From the IMG/VR virus record IMGVR_UViG_3300031565_013700: a stretch of DNA of 64,000 bases. One strand, 5' to 3'. The translations under genes and the position numbers were made by a program. Numbering within the stretch: the stretch's first letter is position 1; each line of letters starts with the position of its first letter. This DNA comes from an uncultured virus (IMG/VR IMGVR_UViG_3300031565_013700). Lineage: Duplodnaviria > Heunggongvirae > Uroviricota > Caudoviricetes. Below, piece after piece: positions 9,934-19,016 of the stretch. Under the pieces are notes generated by a model. It saw nothing but the letters and a program-made list of their open reading frames with translations. It did not search any database and was not told where the DNA came from.

Positions 9934-10023
9934 CAGCGCTACGATTTCCCTCTGTTTTGGGAGGCCTCCCAACTGCGGAATCCGTGGGTGGAATGGGGTT
10001 CCTCGCCCCCACTCCACCAATTT

Positions 10024-10063
10024 CTAGGTTCACTACCTAGCGCCTGAAGTATGCGAGCAGGCG
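10024..10063 (+). promoter_or_regulatory. two-hairpin leader element
   Basis: CTAGG-TTCACTA-CCTAG CGCCTG-AAGTATGCGAG-CAGGCG. Confidence 0.85.
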
Positions 10064-10070
10064 AAAGAAA

Positions 10071-10325
10071 ATGCCAGAGAAACAGATCTACGAACTAACA
10101 GCAGAGATCCTTGTATTAGCCTACAGCCCAGAGGATGCGAAGGAGACAGCACACAAACAGGTATTCATCAACGACCTGTTAGAGGAACCAAAGTTAACTG
10201 ATTGGTCGCACCTCAGCGAGCCGAACAGATACTTCCCACAGACTCCAGAGGACAGGGAGAAGCTGAAGCAGGCAACGATCGCCCGGATAACGCGGGACAT
10301 CCAGCGAATCCAGGGTAACAGGTGA
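10071..10325 (+). CDS. hypothetical protein, paralog of 19825..20070
   Basis: Shared QIYxLTAEILVLAY, AHKQVF, DWSHxxEPN, TIARIT. Confidence 0.8.
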   Translation: MPEKQIYELTAEILVLAYSPEDAKETAHKQVFINDLLEEPKLTDWSHLSEPNRYFPQTPEDREKLKQATIARITRDIQRIQGNR

Positions 10326-10332
10326 AATAAAT

Positions 10333-10680
10333 TTGCCATATAGATCGACAATACTAGATGAGGCGGATAAAGGTAGACGAGTCGAACTCGTACACACTGA
10401 CGATCCTTACACAAAGCTCAAGCCAGGAGACAAGGGAACCTACCTATTCCTACTGAAGCAAACCAACCCCAAGGAGAATGAGCACCACATCGAATGGGAC
10501 AGCGGCAGCAAGCTGTCCATGATACCAGGTCTGGGGGATCGCTTCAAGTTTGTAGAAGAGTCCGACTTCTGCAGCAAAGGCTTCACCGTCGCAAACGCCC
10601 TAACCGAATGCCCCAAGCGCATAGAGTTGGAGGAAGAGGGTGAAGGTTGCGAGAAGTGCAGATGTTATATAGGGAAGTAA
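10333..10680 (+). CDS. DUF4314-like protein with Cys-rich tail
   Basis: GRRVELVHTDDPY..L.PGDKGT...EWDSGSKLSMIPG..DRF. Confidence 0.75.
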   Translation: MPYRSTILDEADKGRRVELVHTDDPYTKLKPGDKGTYLFLLKQTNPKENEHHIEWDSGSKLSMIPGLGDRFKFVEESDFCSKGFTVANALTECPKRIELEEEGEGCEKCRCYIGK

Positions 10681-10704
10681 CCGAAATCCAGCGCTTACAG
10701 TAAC

Positions 10705-10739
10705 TTATTTATTACAGTGTTCTATACCACAGTATAGAC
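10705..10739 (+). promoter_or_regulatory. TATA-like box plus operator-like dyad
   Basis: TTATTTATTA then TTCTATAC-CACA-GTATAGAC. Confidence 0.6.
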
Positions 10740-10744
10740 TCATT

Positions 10745-10787
10745 GCGGTGTCAAAGCCGCTCGGTGGCCTAAATATGCGAACACCGA
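10745..10787 (+). promoter_or_regulatory. two-hairpin leader element (GTCAAA loop variant)
   Basis: GCGGT-GTCAAA-GCCGC TCGGTG-GCCTAAATATGCGAA-CACCGA. Confidence 0.8.
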
Positions 10788-10802
10788 AAGGTGAGTGAGA
10801 AA

Positions 10803-11729
10803 ATGACAGCAGTAAAACTATCTGGTATGCACATACTCTTCGATAACAACTACATCAAAGTGAAGCGTAAGAAGATCCAGGCAGACAACATCAGACCCCA
10901 ACCCGCAATCCGATACGGAGTAAAGGAGGAGGACCGGGTCACCCTAGTGAGTTCCGCAACCACTCCTAAGTTTAAGGAGAACATCGCCACGAATGTCGTC
11001 AACCGCTTCGAGCGGGAGGGCGTTCTGGTCCCTGTGAAGTCCTGGCTTAAGGAGGAGTTTCAGAACAAACTCAGCGACATACTAACGATAGCCTTCGCAG
11101 CAGCACAGGAAGAGCCTCTAGATGGATACAGCCGAGTCTACATCGACGCGGCAGGAGCCATCAGGGCCGGTGGAGAAGTCAAGAAGTTCCAAGTGGCAGA
11201 CGTCAAGGAGGACGGCACTGAGGTGCTGGATGAATTCCCATACACGAACACCACGCAGGTCTTCAAGATCGACGAGTCCACTGTCCAGCCCAGGATATAC
11301 TGGGATGAGATGCTGCAGGCAAGCGACATGGTTTACGAGGTCTACGCAGAGGACGACGTGGGCAGGTTTGCGCTGTGGAAGGTAGCGAACCAGCTCAACA
11401 ACTGGTCAGCAGATCCAAGCGATCCCAAGTCTCCAACAGAGGAGATGATGGCAGTAATCCAACCCATCTATCTCACCTCGGGTACAACTCAGGAGTACAT
11501 AGCCCTGATCGCGCCCAAGAGGATCGTAGAGAGGGATGGGTCGGAGAAGTTCGTCCTAGTGATGAAGTGCTGCCAATCCAATATAGCCTACCTCAACGCG
11601 ATGAAGAGGCCGGCGGAAGGCGAGGTCCCGATAACCATCCAGGCCGAGCAGAAGCCGCTGCGACTAGCATCATTCGCGCAGATGGTACAGGCATTGGCGA
11701 AAGAGGGAGCGCAGGAGTCACAAGAATGA
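10803..11729 (+). CDS. possible divergent Ku-like DNA end-binding protein
   Basis: C-terminal half resembles the Ku core pattern (VYEVYAE...FALWKVANQL...AVIQ...IALIAP...FVLVM); close to the ligase gene. Confidence 0.4.
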   Translation: MTAVKLSGMHILFDNNYIKVKRKKIQADNIRPQPAIRYGVKEEDRVTLVSSATTPKFKENIATNVVNRFEREGVLVPVKSWLKEEFQNKLSDILTIAFAAAQEEPLDGYSRVYIDAAGAIRAGGEVKKFQVADVKEDGTEVLDEFPYTNTTQVFKIDESTVQPRIYWDEMLQASDMVYEVYAEDDVGRFALWKVANQLNNWSADPSDPKSPTEEMMAVIQPIYLTSGTTQEYIALIAPKRIVERDGSEKFVLVMKCCQSNIAYLNAMKRPAEGEVPITIQAEQKPLRLASFAQMVQALAKEGAQESQE

Positions 11730-12316
11730 TCCAAGTGCCAATCTACATACCGCCCATCATAGTGCCAGAGCACGTCATGAACCAACTGACCAAAGAGGAC
11801 GCCGTCATCAAACTCTTCTTGATAGAGTGGGTCAACAAGAAGCATAACGGAGAGCTGCAGGAGTGGCCCTTCAACTGCTCGATACTGCGGACCATCATCA
11901 AGAAGCAGGGCGATATTCCTCTGATCTTCGTTAGGAGAGACTACCTTACCAACTTTGGCGAAGCCCTCGTCATGAGCCGTTACCCCGGAGTGCGGGAGGC
12001 TCAATACGAGGCAGCCGTCGAGAAGGTTGGCGACAAAAAGGTGAAGGTCGAGGGGTTGGACATCGTCTTCCGGTTCATGCAATGTGGGGATACACATACG
12101 CAGCTACTCTGGGACACCCGTTTCATACACGATTATCCCAAGGAGCTGGCGGCGTACAATCAGAACAACAAGGACTCCATCATTACAACCCACGTCTGGA
12201 TCGAAACCAACATCGAGATCGTGAAGAGCATGCTGCATAAGCAGGGCTTCCGAGAGGGAAGCGTAGACACAGCCGAGATCTCAGCTAATTTAGCTGAATG
12301 GCTAGCAAACGAGTAA
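11726..12316 (+). CDS. hypothetical protein
   Basis: ATGA overlap with upstream stop; track start 11375 overlaps the previous gene. Confidence 0.65.
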   Translation: MIQVPIYIPPIIVPEHVMNQLTKEDAVIKLFLIEWVNKKHNGELQEWPFNCSILRTIIKKQGDIPLIFVRRDYLTNFGEALVMSRYPGVREAQYEAAVEKVGDKKVKVEGLDIVFRFMQCGDTHTQLLWDTRFIHDYPKELAAYNQNNKDSIITTHVWIETNIEIVKSMLHKQGFREGSVDTAEISANLAEWLANE

Positions 12317-12330
12317 AAAGGAGGGAGAAC

Positions 12331-12687
12331 ATGGAAACAAAATTCACCGTGGACCTGTCCCAAGAGGGGCTGGCGATGCTCTTCAAAGATTACCAAGAGG
12401 TCGCCATGAAGCTACTCTGGAACACAGATAACCTGCAATCCTCGCGTGACGTGTGGATCCATGTCAACAAGCAGCTGGAGAGTACCGGGGGCCGCAACAA
12501 AAGCAAGTACCGGGGCATCAGCAGAGCATCCATCATCAACTTCTGTAATGCGATGGTGGAGGAGGGTGCCCTGGCCTTCTCCGAGACAACGGGCAAAGGT
12601 GGCCACCGGCGGCTCTACTATGCTGAGCTCACCGAGGAACAACTGTGGGCTAAGTTGACAGGGATCGTCCATAGCAAGTTTCCCTAG
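12331..12687 (+). CDS. BlaI/MecI-like winged-helix regulator (archaeal type)
   Basis: SSRDVW..V...ISRASIINFCNAMVEEG...TGKGGHRRLY. Confidence 0.75.
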   Translation: METKFTVDLSQEGLAMLFKDYQEVAMKLLWNTDNLQSSRDVWIHVNKQLESTGGRNKSKYRGISRASIINFCNAMVEEGALAFSETTGKGGHRRLYYAELTEEQLWAKLTGIVHSKFP

Positions 12688-12707
12688 GGAGGCTAGGGAG
12701 GACACAC

Positions 12708-13172
12708 ATCACGACCAAACCGAAGGCAGGATCTCAACAGCAACTCGCTAAGCAAGGGCTGCGAAGATGCAGGACCTGTGGAGAGATTAAGCCTCTTCCA
12801 GATTTCTATCAACGGGCTAATGGACATTATCTATCAGAATGCAAAGTCTGTCTTAGAACCAAGATCAACAAGGGATACAGAGAAAAGCACGCTGAAATTA
12901 AGAAAGCAAGGCAGAGACAGTATTACAAGGAGAACCCGGAATACTATAAAGACTATGCGGCTAAAGGCGCACATGTTAGAAATGTAGCAAAGAGTGTGCC
13001 AATGAAAGATTACTGTGAAGAATGTCTACGAACGAAAGAAGAACTCCTCAAATTGAATATCATACTAACAAGGCATCATGAGGATTATAGCAGACCTAGG
13101 GAGTTTGAGACTCTGTGTTCGGAATGTCATGGCAAACAAAGAAGAAAAAAGGAGGAAATGAAAAATGAGTAG
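12708..13172 (+). CDS. zinc-finger/HNH-like endonuclease with probable ATC start (not in ORF track)
   Basis: 154-codon open frame CRTCGEIKPLPDFY...CKVC...CEEC...HHEDYSRP...LCSECH; GGAGG just before ATC; no ATG/GTG/TTG between upstream in-frame stop (12672) and the zinc finger. Confidence 0.75.
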   Translation: MTTKPKAGSQQQLAKQGLRRCRTCGEIKPLPDFYQRANGHYLSECKVCLRTKINKGYREKHAEIKKARQRQYYKENPEYYKDYAAKGAHVRNVAKSVPMKDYCEECLRTKEELLKLNIILTRHHEDYSRPREFETLCSECHGKQRRKKEEMKNE

Positions 13173-14184
13173 TTTAATGTTATGTGAGACAGGCAGTGAG
13201 AAAGACCTGGACAATCCCCTTATGGCCGCGGAGTTGAAGGCGGATGGAACCCACGTCATGGCAAAGAAGGCGGACGGGAAGATCAAGATATTCGGGCGCC
13301 CCAAGAAGACGGGCATACCTGAGTACACTGATCGTCTGCCAGACTTGATCGAGTCGCTGGAGGTTCTTTCCGCAAGCAGCTTCGAGATCGTGGGGGAGGC
13401 CGTGGTCTACGATGAGAACAACAGGACCTGGTTCGAAGGCAGTCAGCGACGCTGCAGCACACAGGATCCCGCAAAGATACGGCTCTACCAAGCACAGTAT
13501 CCGATCATCCTTCTAGCATTCGATATCACTGAGCTGGACGGAAAGGACACCACGGGATATACCTACCAGTCGAGAAAGGAAATGCTCCTGGACCTCATAG
13601 AGGAAACACCACAGACCCATGTGGAATGGCTGCCGCATGTAGTTGATAACAAGAGAGACTACTACAACAACGTGATAGCCCAGGGTGAAGAAGGAGTCAT
13701 CCTCAAACGACTCAATAGCACCTACGAGCGACGCAGATCAAAGAGCTGGCTTAAAGTGAAGAAATGGGATGCCGAGCGACTCAAGGTCGTCGGCTTCACA
13801 GAGGGCACGGGAGACAGGGCAAGCACCTTCGGCAGTCTGGTCCTCGCTAAGCTCGAGGACGATGGCAGTCTGCGGTACAGAGGCAAAGTTGGTACAGGCT
13901 TTAATGACATAGAGGTGAAGAAACTGTATACATTGCTTACAGCGAATGTGGCAGATGTGACAAAGATCATAACACCTGAACCGTATACGCCCGTGGAACT
14001 ACCACTCGAGGTTACAGTAAAGTTCTTCGAGGAAACCAAGAACCACGTCATAAGGTTCCCGTCGATGCTCAAAGACGAGCGGGGGAAGAACATGATCCAC
14101 TACGAGTCGACCATCGAAGGCAAATCTCAGAAGACGATCAAGCAGAGAGACTTGAAGGCCCTCCTGGAGAGCTTAACCAAGTAA
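13165..14184 (+). CDS. ATP-dependent DNA ligase (LigC/LigD ligase-domain type)
   Basis: ELKADG (KxDG), GEAV, AFDI, EGVILK, WLKVK, GKVGTGF, RFP. Confidence 0.92.
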   Translation: MSSLMLCETGSEKDLDNPLMAAELKADGTHVMAKKADGKIKIFGRPKKTGIPEYTDRLPDLIESLEVLSASSFEIVGEAVVYDENNRTWFEGSQRRCSTQDPAKIRLYQAQYPIILLAFDITELDGKDTTGYTYQSRKEMLLDLIEETPQTHVEWLPHVVDNKRDYYNNVIAQGEEGVILKRLNSTYERRRSKSWLKVKKWDAERLKVVGFTEGTGDRASTFGSLVLAKLEDDGSLRYRGKVGTGFNDIEVKKLYTLLTANVADVTKIITPEPYTPVELPLEVTVKFFEETKNHVIRFPSMLKDERGKNMIHYESTIEGKSQKTIKQRDLKALLESLTK

Positions 14185-14202
14185 ACCTTTTTCCGTGATT
14201 CT

Positions 14203-15855
14203 ATGGAAGATAAGATACGAATATTTCTAACAGATCAAGCGAGGAGTAGGACAGGCAGCAATAGCGTAGTGAAGCTCAGCAAAGAGATCATGATCGCCGT
14301 ATCGGATTTCTATAAGAAACCAGATGAAGCAAATGGGTTCAGAAAATCCTACGGCATGACGTCCAGACATACGGCCGGCCTAGACAGTGGCGGCTTTCAG
14401 TTCCTCATGGGGAAGCTCAGATTAGCGGAATCGGAGATGTTGCCCTGTGGAATAGAGGTCCCCGCAACGGCCAAGGAAACCGTTGAGATATACAAGAGGA
14501 TCGGGGTCCTGAAGAAAGACTACCCGATCCAGCTAGATCTTCCACCAAGGTTCGACCAGGCACCGGAGACGAGGAGACAGCTCATCACCAGAACGGCCGG
14601 ATATTATTATGAGATGGCTGAGGAGTTGCCCTGGGTTATTCCCGTGGTTCATGGCTGGAACCTCGAAGAGATGAAGTACAACCTGGAGTTGTTAACGGAC
14701 CCGGATAAAGCGAGGATAGCGATGGGAACATATGCCGCAGAAACTCGAGGCGTCTGGACGATGGGTAACCTCAACCCACACAAGCCAAAGAGCCTCGGCG
14801 TAGGTAGCATGAAGGCCTTCCACAATAGCGAGAACTACCTGCCATTCACAGATAACCCCGCCAATAAAGAGAGGGATAAACTTGCGGTGGGATCCTACAA
14901 AGCCCTCACACACAACAACTACTACAAGGATCATGTGAAACAAGGCGCGGTGGCGAGCCCGGCCCCAGGGTGTGTTGATGCTGGGATGCAGATACCTCAA
15001 ACCACGCCCATGGTGGCGGCGCCGTCAAGAAAACCCGTTGCAGTGGGCTCTTTCATAGCCTCAGCTGTAGGAGCTGACGGTGGAGCAGCCGTGAATCCGA
15101 ACCGAAAGAGAGTGGCTGTAGGCACATTCATAGCCAATACAACGGGACCGCTTGGCGAGAAACTTGCAGTCGGCACATACGCAGCCACGGCCACGACGCC
15201 CGTTGGTGAACTGATCAGCAAAGAGAAGACCCCGACCAAGAACAGGGTCAGCTTCACGATCATCCTGGATAGGATCGCCATGGCGCTTAACCTGTTGAAG
15301 CAGGACTACGGGGTGTTCATGCTGGGTGGCGCCAGCCCACACATGATTCACCAGATATTCATGTCCGGTGCCAGCTGGACAGACACCTCGGCCTGGCGTA
15401 TCAAAGCACTCATGGCAGAGATCTATCTGTGGGGTCACAGCACAGGCCACAGCAGCTTCAACATAGGCTACTCGACGAAGAACAAGCAGATTGACGATGA
15501 AGGAATAGGTATCCTGAGAGAATATCTGCAGGATTCTACACACCCGCTTAATGGCATGAGTGTTGACCGCTTCCTCGCCATCGGCAAAATGAACATGACG
15601 GAATGGCGAGACACCTGGAACGAAAACCAGTGGGAGGTGAAGCCCTTCAAACTCAGGGCCCAGCACAACGCCTGGGTGTTGAAGGAAGTCGTGGAACCCG
15701 TGGCAAGAGACTATGCCACCGACCCCGATGGCTACTATCAGTACCTGTCCAAGTGCCTGGGGCCTAGGCCGATACTGTCCAGAAGGTTGAGGTATCTGTA
15801 CGAGAAACTGCATCAGCCCTATGTGCAGACGGACTTGGAGGTATATCTGAAATGA
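14203..15855 (+). CDS. TGT/DpdA-like guanine transglycosylase with internal repeats
   Basis: LDSGGFQ, QLDLP, PVVHGW, MLGG, DTSAW, HN near C-terminus. Confidence 0.7.
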   Translation: MEDKIRIFLTDQARSRTGSNSVVKLSKEIMIAVSDFYKKPDEANGFRKSYGMTSRHTAGLDSGGFQFLMGKLRLAESEMLPCGIEVPATAKETVEIYKRIGVLKKDYPIQLDLPPRFDQAPETRRQLITRTAGYYYEMAEELPWVIPVVHGWNLEEMKYNLELLTDPDKARIAMGTYAAETRGVWTMGNLNPHKPKSLGVGSMKAFHNSENYLPFTDNPANKERDKLAVGSYKALTHNNYYKDHVKQGAVASPAPGCVDAGMQIPQTTPMVAAPSRKPVAVGSFIASAVGADGGAAVNPNRKRVAVGTFIANTTGPLGEKLAVGTYAATATTPVGELISKEKTPTKNRVSFTIILDRIAMALNLLKQDYGVFMLGGASPHMIHQIFMSGASWTDTSAWRIKALMAEIYLWGHSTGHSSFNIGYSTKNKQIDDEGIGILREYLQDSTHPLNGMSVDRFLAIGKMNMTEWRDTWNENQWEVKPFKLRAQHNAWVLKEVVEPVARDYATDPDGYYQYLSKCLGPRPILSRRLRYLYEKLHQPYVQTDLEVYLK

Positions 15856-16060
15856 GTGAAGTAAGAAAATGCCCTTATGAGCCAGAGGTAAACTGTCTGG
15901 GAAAACGCTGTGATATACCAAAACTAGTAACCTTGGAACGCTGTTGGATGGTCAAAGATGAGAAGGCGAAGAGGAGGAACAAGACTCGAAAGTAACCCCG
16001 GTGCAACTCCGAGCTCACCGAAAGCGTGGGTGAGAAAATGGAATACTGGAGAGTGAGATA

Positions 16061-16348
16061 GTGTCGATCGTTAGACCGATTAGAGGAGCAGACACAGACG
16101 AACTCATCGAGTGGCATGAACACCCGATGCTCACGAAGATAGACGAGTGGGCTGAGGAAAACCTGAGCAGAGACGGGAAGAAAAGCTACTACAACATCTA
16201 TGAAGGATGCAAGTGCTTGGCCGACATGAAGATGAGCATCGAGGAATGGATACGGACCCGCAGAGAGATGCTTGACACCCTCGAGAAGATGGCTAAGGAT
16301 CTCCCAGACGAAACCTATGGAGACTATTGGCTAGTCGAAGAGGGCTGA
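16061..16348 (+). CDS. hypothetical protein
   Basis: Packed ORF; IEWHEHP resembles IEWNEHP of 4529..4825. Confidence 0.6.
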   Translation: MSIVRPIRGADTDELIEWHEHPMLTKIDEWAEENLSRDGKKSYYNIYEGCKCLADMKMSIEEWIRTRREMLDTLEKMAKDLPDETYGDYWLVEEG

Positions 16349-16351
16349 TCG

Positions 16352-16753
16352 ATGTTTGAGTTCGAAGGAGTCGAATTTCTTGGCCCGAGCCTCGTCATGG
16401 GCAACAAGGAAGGGAGACCCGTTTTCGAGATGAAGCGCAAGGATCCGAGTGGGGGCAAGATGTATTACATCTTCAAGGTCCATGAGGAGAACATGACGGC
16501 TGAGGAGAAGACAGGATTCAAGGTAGTCTTCGAGACTCTGATATTGCCCGCAGCAGCCAAGCTGGATCTCCCAATGTATTCATTCGATGAGATCCTCGAG
16601 AGAAGCACCGAGAAGATCGAGGAGATAGGAGTGGAGAACTTCCCAAAGGATGGCAGTCAGATCGATGTCAAGATAGAGGTCTATGATCACGCGGCGAAGA
16701 ACTTAGACAACCTGACGGTTGGATTGAATGTCGGACAGAGTAAACCATCATAG
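16352..16753 (+). CDS. hypothetical protein
   Basis: Packed ORF ending at an element. Confidence 0.65.
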   Translation: MFEFEGVEFLGPSLVMGNKEGRPVFEMKRKDPSGGKMYYIFKVHEENMTAEEKTGFKVVFETLILPAAAKLDLPMYSFDEILERSTEKIEEIGVENFPKDGSQIDVKIEVYDHAAKNLDNLTVGLNVGQSKPS

Positions 16754-16790
16754 AGTTCACTACTCTACCTTCGATGAATGCGTGCGGAGG
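16751..16790 (+). promoter_or_regulatory. two-hairpin leader element
   Basis: TAGAG-TTCACTA-CTCTA CCTTCG-ATGAATGCGTG-CGGAGG. Confidence 0.85.
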
Positions 16791-16797
16791 GATGGAA

Positions 16798-17190
16798 ATG
16801 GATTACCGATTTGAGAGCATACCCGTGGATTCGGGCGTGATCGTCATCGCCGACCCGGACCACTACCTGAGATCAGAGCCAGGGAAACAACCCTATGGCT
16901 TCAAACGAAGGCCGTCACACTGCGTTTCAGTAGAAGAAGGCGAGTATGAGGCGGAGTGGTCAATGCCGGACAGCTGGCAAGGGGCGGTCGAAGGCAAGGG
17001 CGCCCTGAAGGTAACTTCAGGTAAGGTGTGGGTGAGCGATCCCTGCTACGTAGTGTCGGACAAGGATTGGGAGAGATACCTAAAGGAACAGATCTTCCCT
17101 AAGAAGAAGCCTGAAGGTGTTCTCATCCTAGATAAGCATGGCGGCGACGGCCAGTTCACGGTTCTGCTGAAACTACTTAAGAAGGAATAA
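16798..17190 (+). CDS. DUF4241-like protein
   Basis: VDSGVIVIADP and VTSGKVWVSDPCY, GGDG. Confidence 0.6.
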   Translation: MDYRFESIPVDSGVIVIADPDHYLRSEPGKQPYGFKRRPSHCVSVEEGEYEAEWSMPDSWQGAVEGKGALKVTSGKVWVSDPCYVVSDKDWERYLKEQIFPKKKPEGVLILDKHGGDGQFTVLLKLLKKE

Positions 17191-17191
17191 C

Positions 17192-17231
17192 CCGGGTTCA
17201 CTACCCGGCGCCTGGTGTAAGCGTACAGGTG
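17192..17231 (+). promoter_or_regulatory. two-hairpin leader element
   Basis: CCGGG-TTCACTA-CCCGG CGCCTG-GTGTAAGCGTA-CAGGTG. Confidence 0.85.
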
Positions 17232-17236
17232 AAAAT

Positions 17237-18352
17237 ATGAAGATAACAGCAAAGGACTACATCCAAGCAAGGGACAAACTAGCAGACCTAGAGGAAGGGA
17301 TCAGCCTCTTCAGAAACAGGGCCACTAGAGAAGAGATGGCGTTTGATGCGAAGATCAAGGAGCGCATCCGACTGCTGGAGGAGGAATTCCATTCGGCACG
17401 CACCAGGATAATCGATGCGAGGGACAAAATGAAGGCTCCATTAGTGGAGGAGAAGGAAAAGGCTGAGGCCTATATCCGGAAAGCGAAAGAGATCCTCCAC
17501 CACCTATCGCTCCAAGGGACCATTGAGGAGACCAGCCTGACAGAGCCGCACCCAGACTTCTACAATACCGAGATCGAGGCTGAAGGCGAGTATTACAAGG
17601 ATGACTACACATGGATTCGCTACTTCATAGTCAAGAACAGGAAACCCAAGAATTGCTACACGCTTCTGATAGCAGGTAGATCACGGTTGTGGAAGCTATT
17701 TTCAGAAGGCTCACGCTCACGCCTACTATATGATTACGGACTCCCGAATACCAAAGACGATTACACAATCTGGATCGGCATAAAGGATCTGCCCAGCGTC
17801 AAAGAACTCGTCGCATACAAGAGCAAGTATGATAAAACCAGCCGACTACAGGAATACTTCCGGGTCAGGGACGAGTATCTTGAAAACGTAACCAACTACA
17901 GCCTCAAGGACTTCGAGGAACTCAAGGTAATCAGAGATGTGCCAGAGGCCGATGCCCCGATCATCTTCGATATAAAAGGCCACGAGAAGATCAGCACCTT
18001 CCGCCTCTACAAAGGCTTCTACTATGCATCGGTAGAGGGCAAGGCAGAGGACAAGGACAAGCTGGAATATCTCAAGATAAGCGGCGAACTCTACCTCAGG
18101 GGAGGTAGAGCTGAGGGCTACACTATAAAGCAGACAGGCAACCTCGTGTTTGGGGATTGGTGGTCATTCGGCTTCGAGGCTGGTGGCTACGGAGTTCCCT
18201 TCAACAAGGAGAACTGGGAGAAGGAACTGGCTGAAGCGACCGCCTTTGTCAACGAGACAAGACGTGACAAGGGCTCAAAGACCAGCTTCACCCCACCACA
18301 GATAACCTGGATTCATCCTGAGTTAATCCCCGCTATTCCATCTTTTTTCTAG
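17237..18352 (+). CDS. hypothetical protein with N-terminal coiled coil
   Basis: 371 aa ORF bounded by elements. Confidence 0.75.
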   Translation: MKITAKDYIQARDKLADLEEGISLFRNRATREEMAFDAKIKERIRLLEEEFHSARTRIIDARDKMKAPLVEEKEKAEAYIRKAKEILHHLSLQGTIEETSLTEPHPDFYNTEIEAEGEYYKDDYTWIRYFIVKNRKPKNCYTLLIAGRSRLWKLFSEGSRSRLLYDYGLPNTKDDYTIWIGIKDLPSVKELVAYKSKYDKTSRLQEYFRVRDEYLENVTNYSLKDFEELKVIRDVPEADAPIIFDIKGHEKISTFRLYKGFYYASVEGKAEDKDKLEYLKISGELYLRGGRAEGYTIKQTGNLVFGDWWSFGFEAGGYGVPFNKENWEKELAEATAFVNETRRDKGSKTSFTPPQITWIHPELIPAIPSFF

Positions 18353-18413
18353 TGGGTTCATTACCCACCCTCTGACCACAATGGCACTACCTAGATAAAG
18401 AAGCCGTGCAGAG
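18352..18413 (+). promoter_or_regulatory. two-hairpin element with disrupted or expanded second hairpin
   Basis: GTGGG-TTCATTA-CCCAC CCTCTG then 34 nt before CAGAG. Confidence 0.6.
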
Positions 18414-18984
18414 ATTCAAACCCAAATGGGATCAACCCAAGACGGGTTTAGAGAAATTTATGGATATGCCCAGAAATGACAAAACCCCCCAAAGACGAAT
18501 CACCTTCCGAAGACCCCAACCAGAACAAAGACCTTCAAACCCTAAATATGAACGACTCTCCAGCTACCTAGACGAAGAGAACAAGAAGGCCGAGATCCTA
18601 GATGACAGGACCGCCCGGATTCCCTGCGAGAGCAGCAGCCCCTCAGGGTGGTGTTTGCTAAGACGCACTCCACCGGGGCAGAAGACAGTGGACCAGCTCC
18701 TCTTTGTTGGAGACATCATTGATACAAACTATAGCACAGGCGGAAAAGTGATCTATATCGCACGTCATGAATACTACGGTCTGTTCGCCTACTCTCTGAT
18801 CTATGTGGACGTCGACGCTCCAGCTAACAAGGATGGCAACTATCGAGAGAATCATCAATGTTACATCAACGAATTGGTGGCCCAGGATGATAGAATACTG
18901 AAACTCTTCAAGGCAAATGAGGATGAAGTGTTCATCAAAGGAAAAGCAGCGGGACAGCAGACCCTTCTCAGGTTCACTACCTGA
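18406..18984 (+). CDS. hypothetical protein
   Basis: ORF bounded by elements; start uncertain. Confidence 0.6.
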   Translation: MQRFKPKWDQPKTGLEKFMDMPRNDKTPQRRITFRRPQPEQRPSNPKYERLSSYLDEENKKAEILDDRTARIPCESSSPSGWCLLRRTPPGQKTVDQLLFVGDIIDTNYSTGGKVIYIARHEYYGLFAYSLIYVDVDAPANKDGNYRENHQCYINELVAQDDRILKLFKANEDEVFIKGKAAGQQTLLRFTT

Positions 18985-19010
18985 CACCTGACCTAACACG
19001 TGAGCAGGTG
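18968..19010 (+). promoter_or_regulatory. two-hairpin leader element
   Basis: TCAGG-TTCACTA-CCTGA CACCTG-ACCTAACACGTGAG-CAGGTG. Confidence 0.85.
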
Positions 19011-19016
19011 AAAATT

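Noticed and set aside
12778..12987. ORF-track 69 aa protein
   Set aside because: Out-of-frame shadow of the HNH-like frame 12708..13172.
15061..15921. Long antisense ORFs (also 7748..8305, 26542..27123, 55833..56576)
   Set aside because: Lie opposite well-supported genes and have no motifs of their own.
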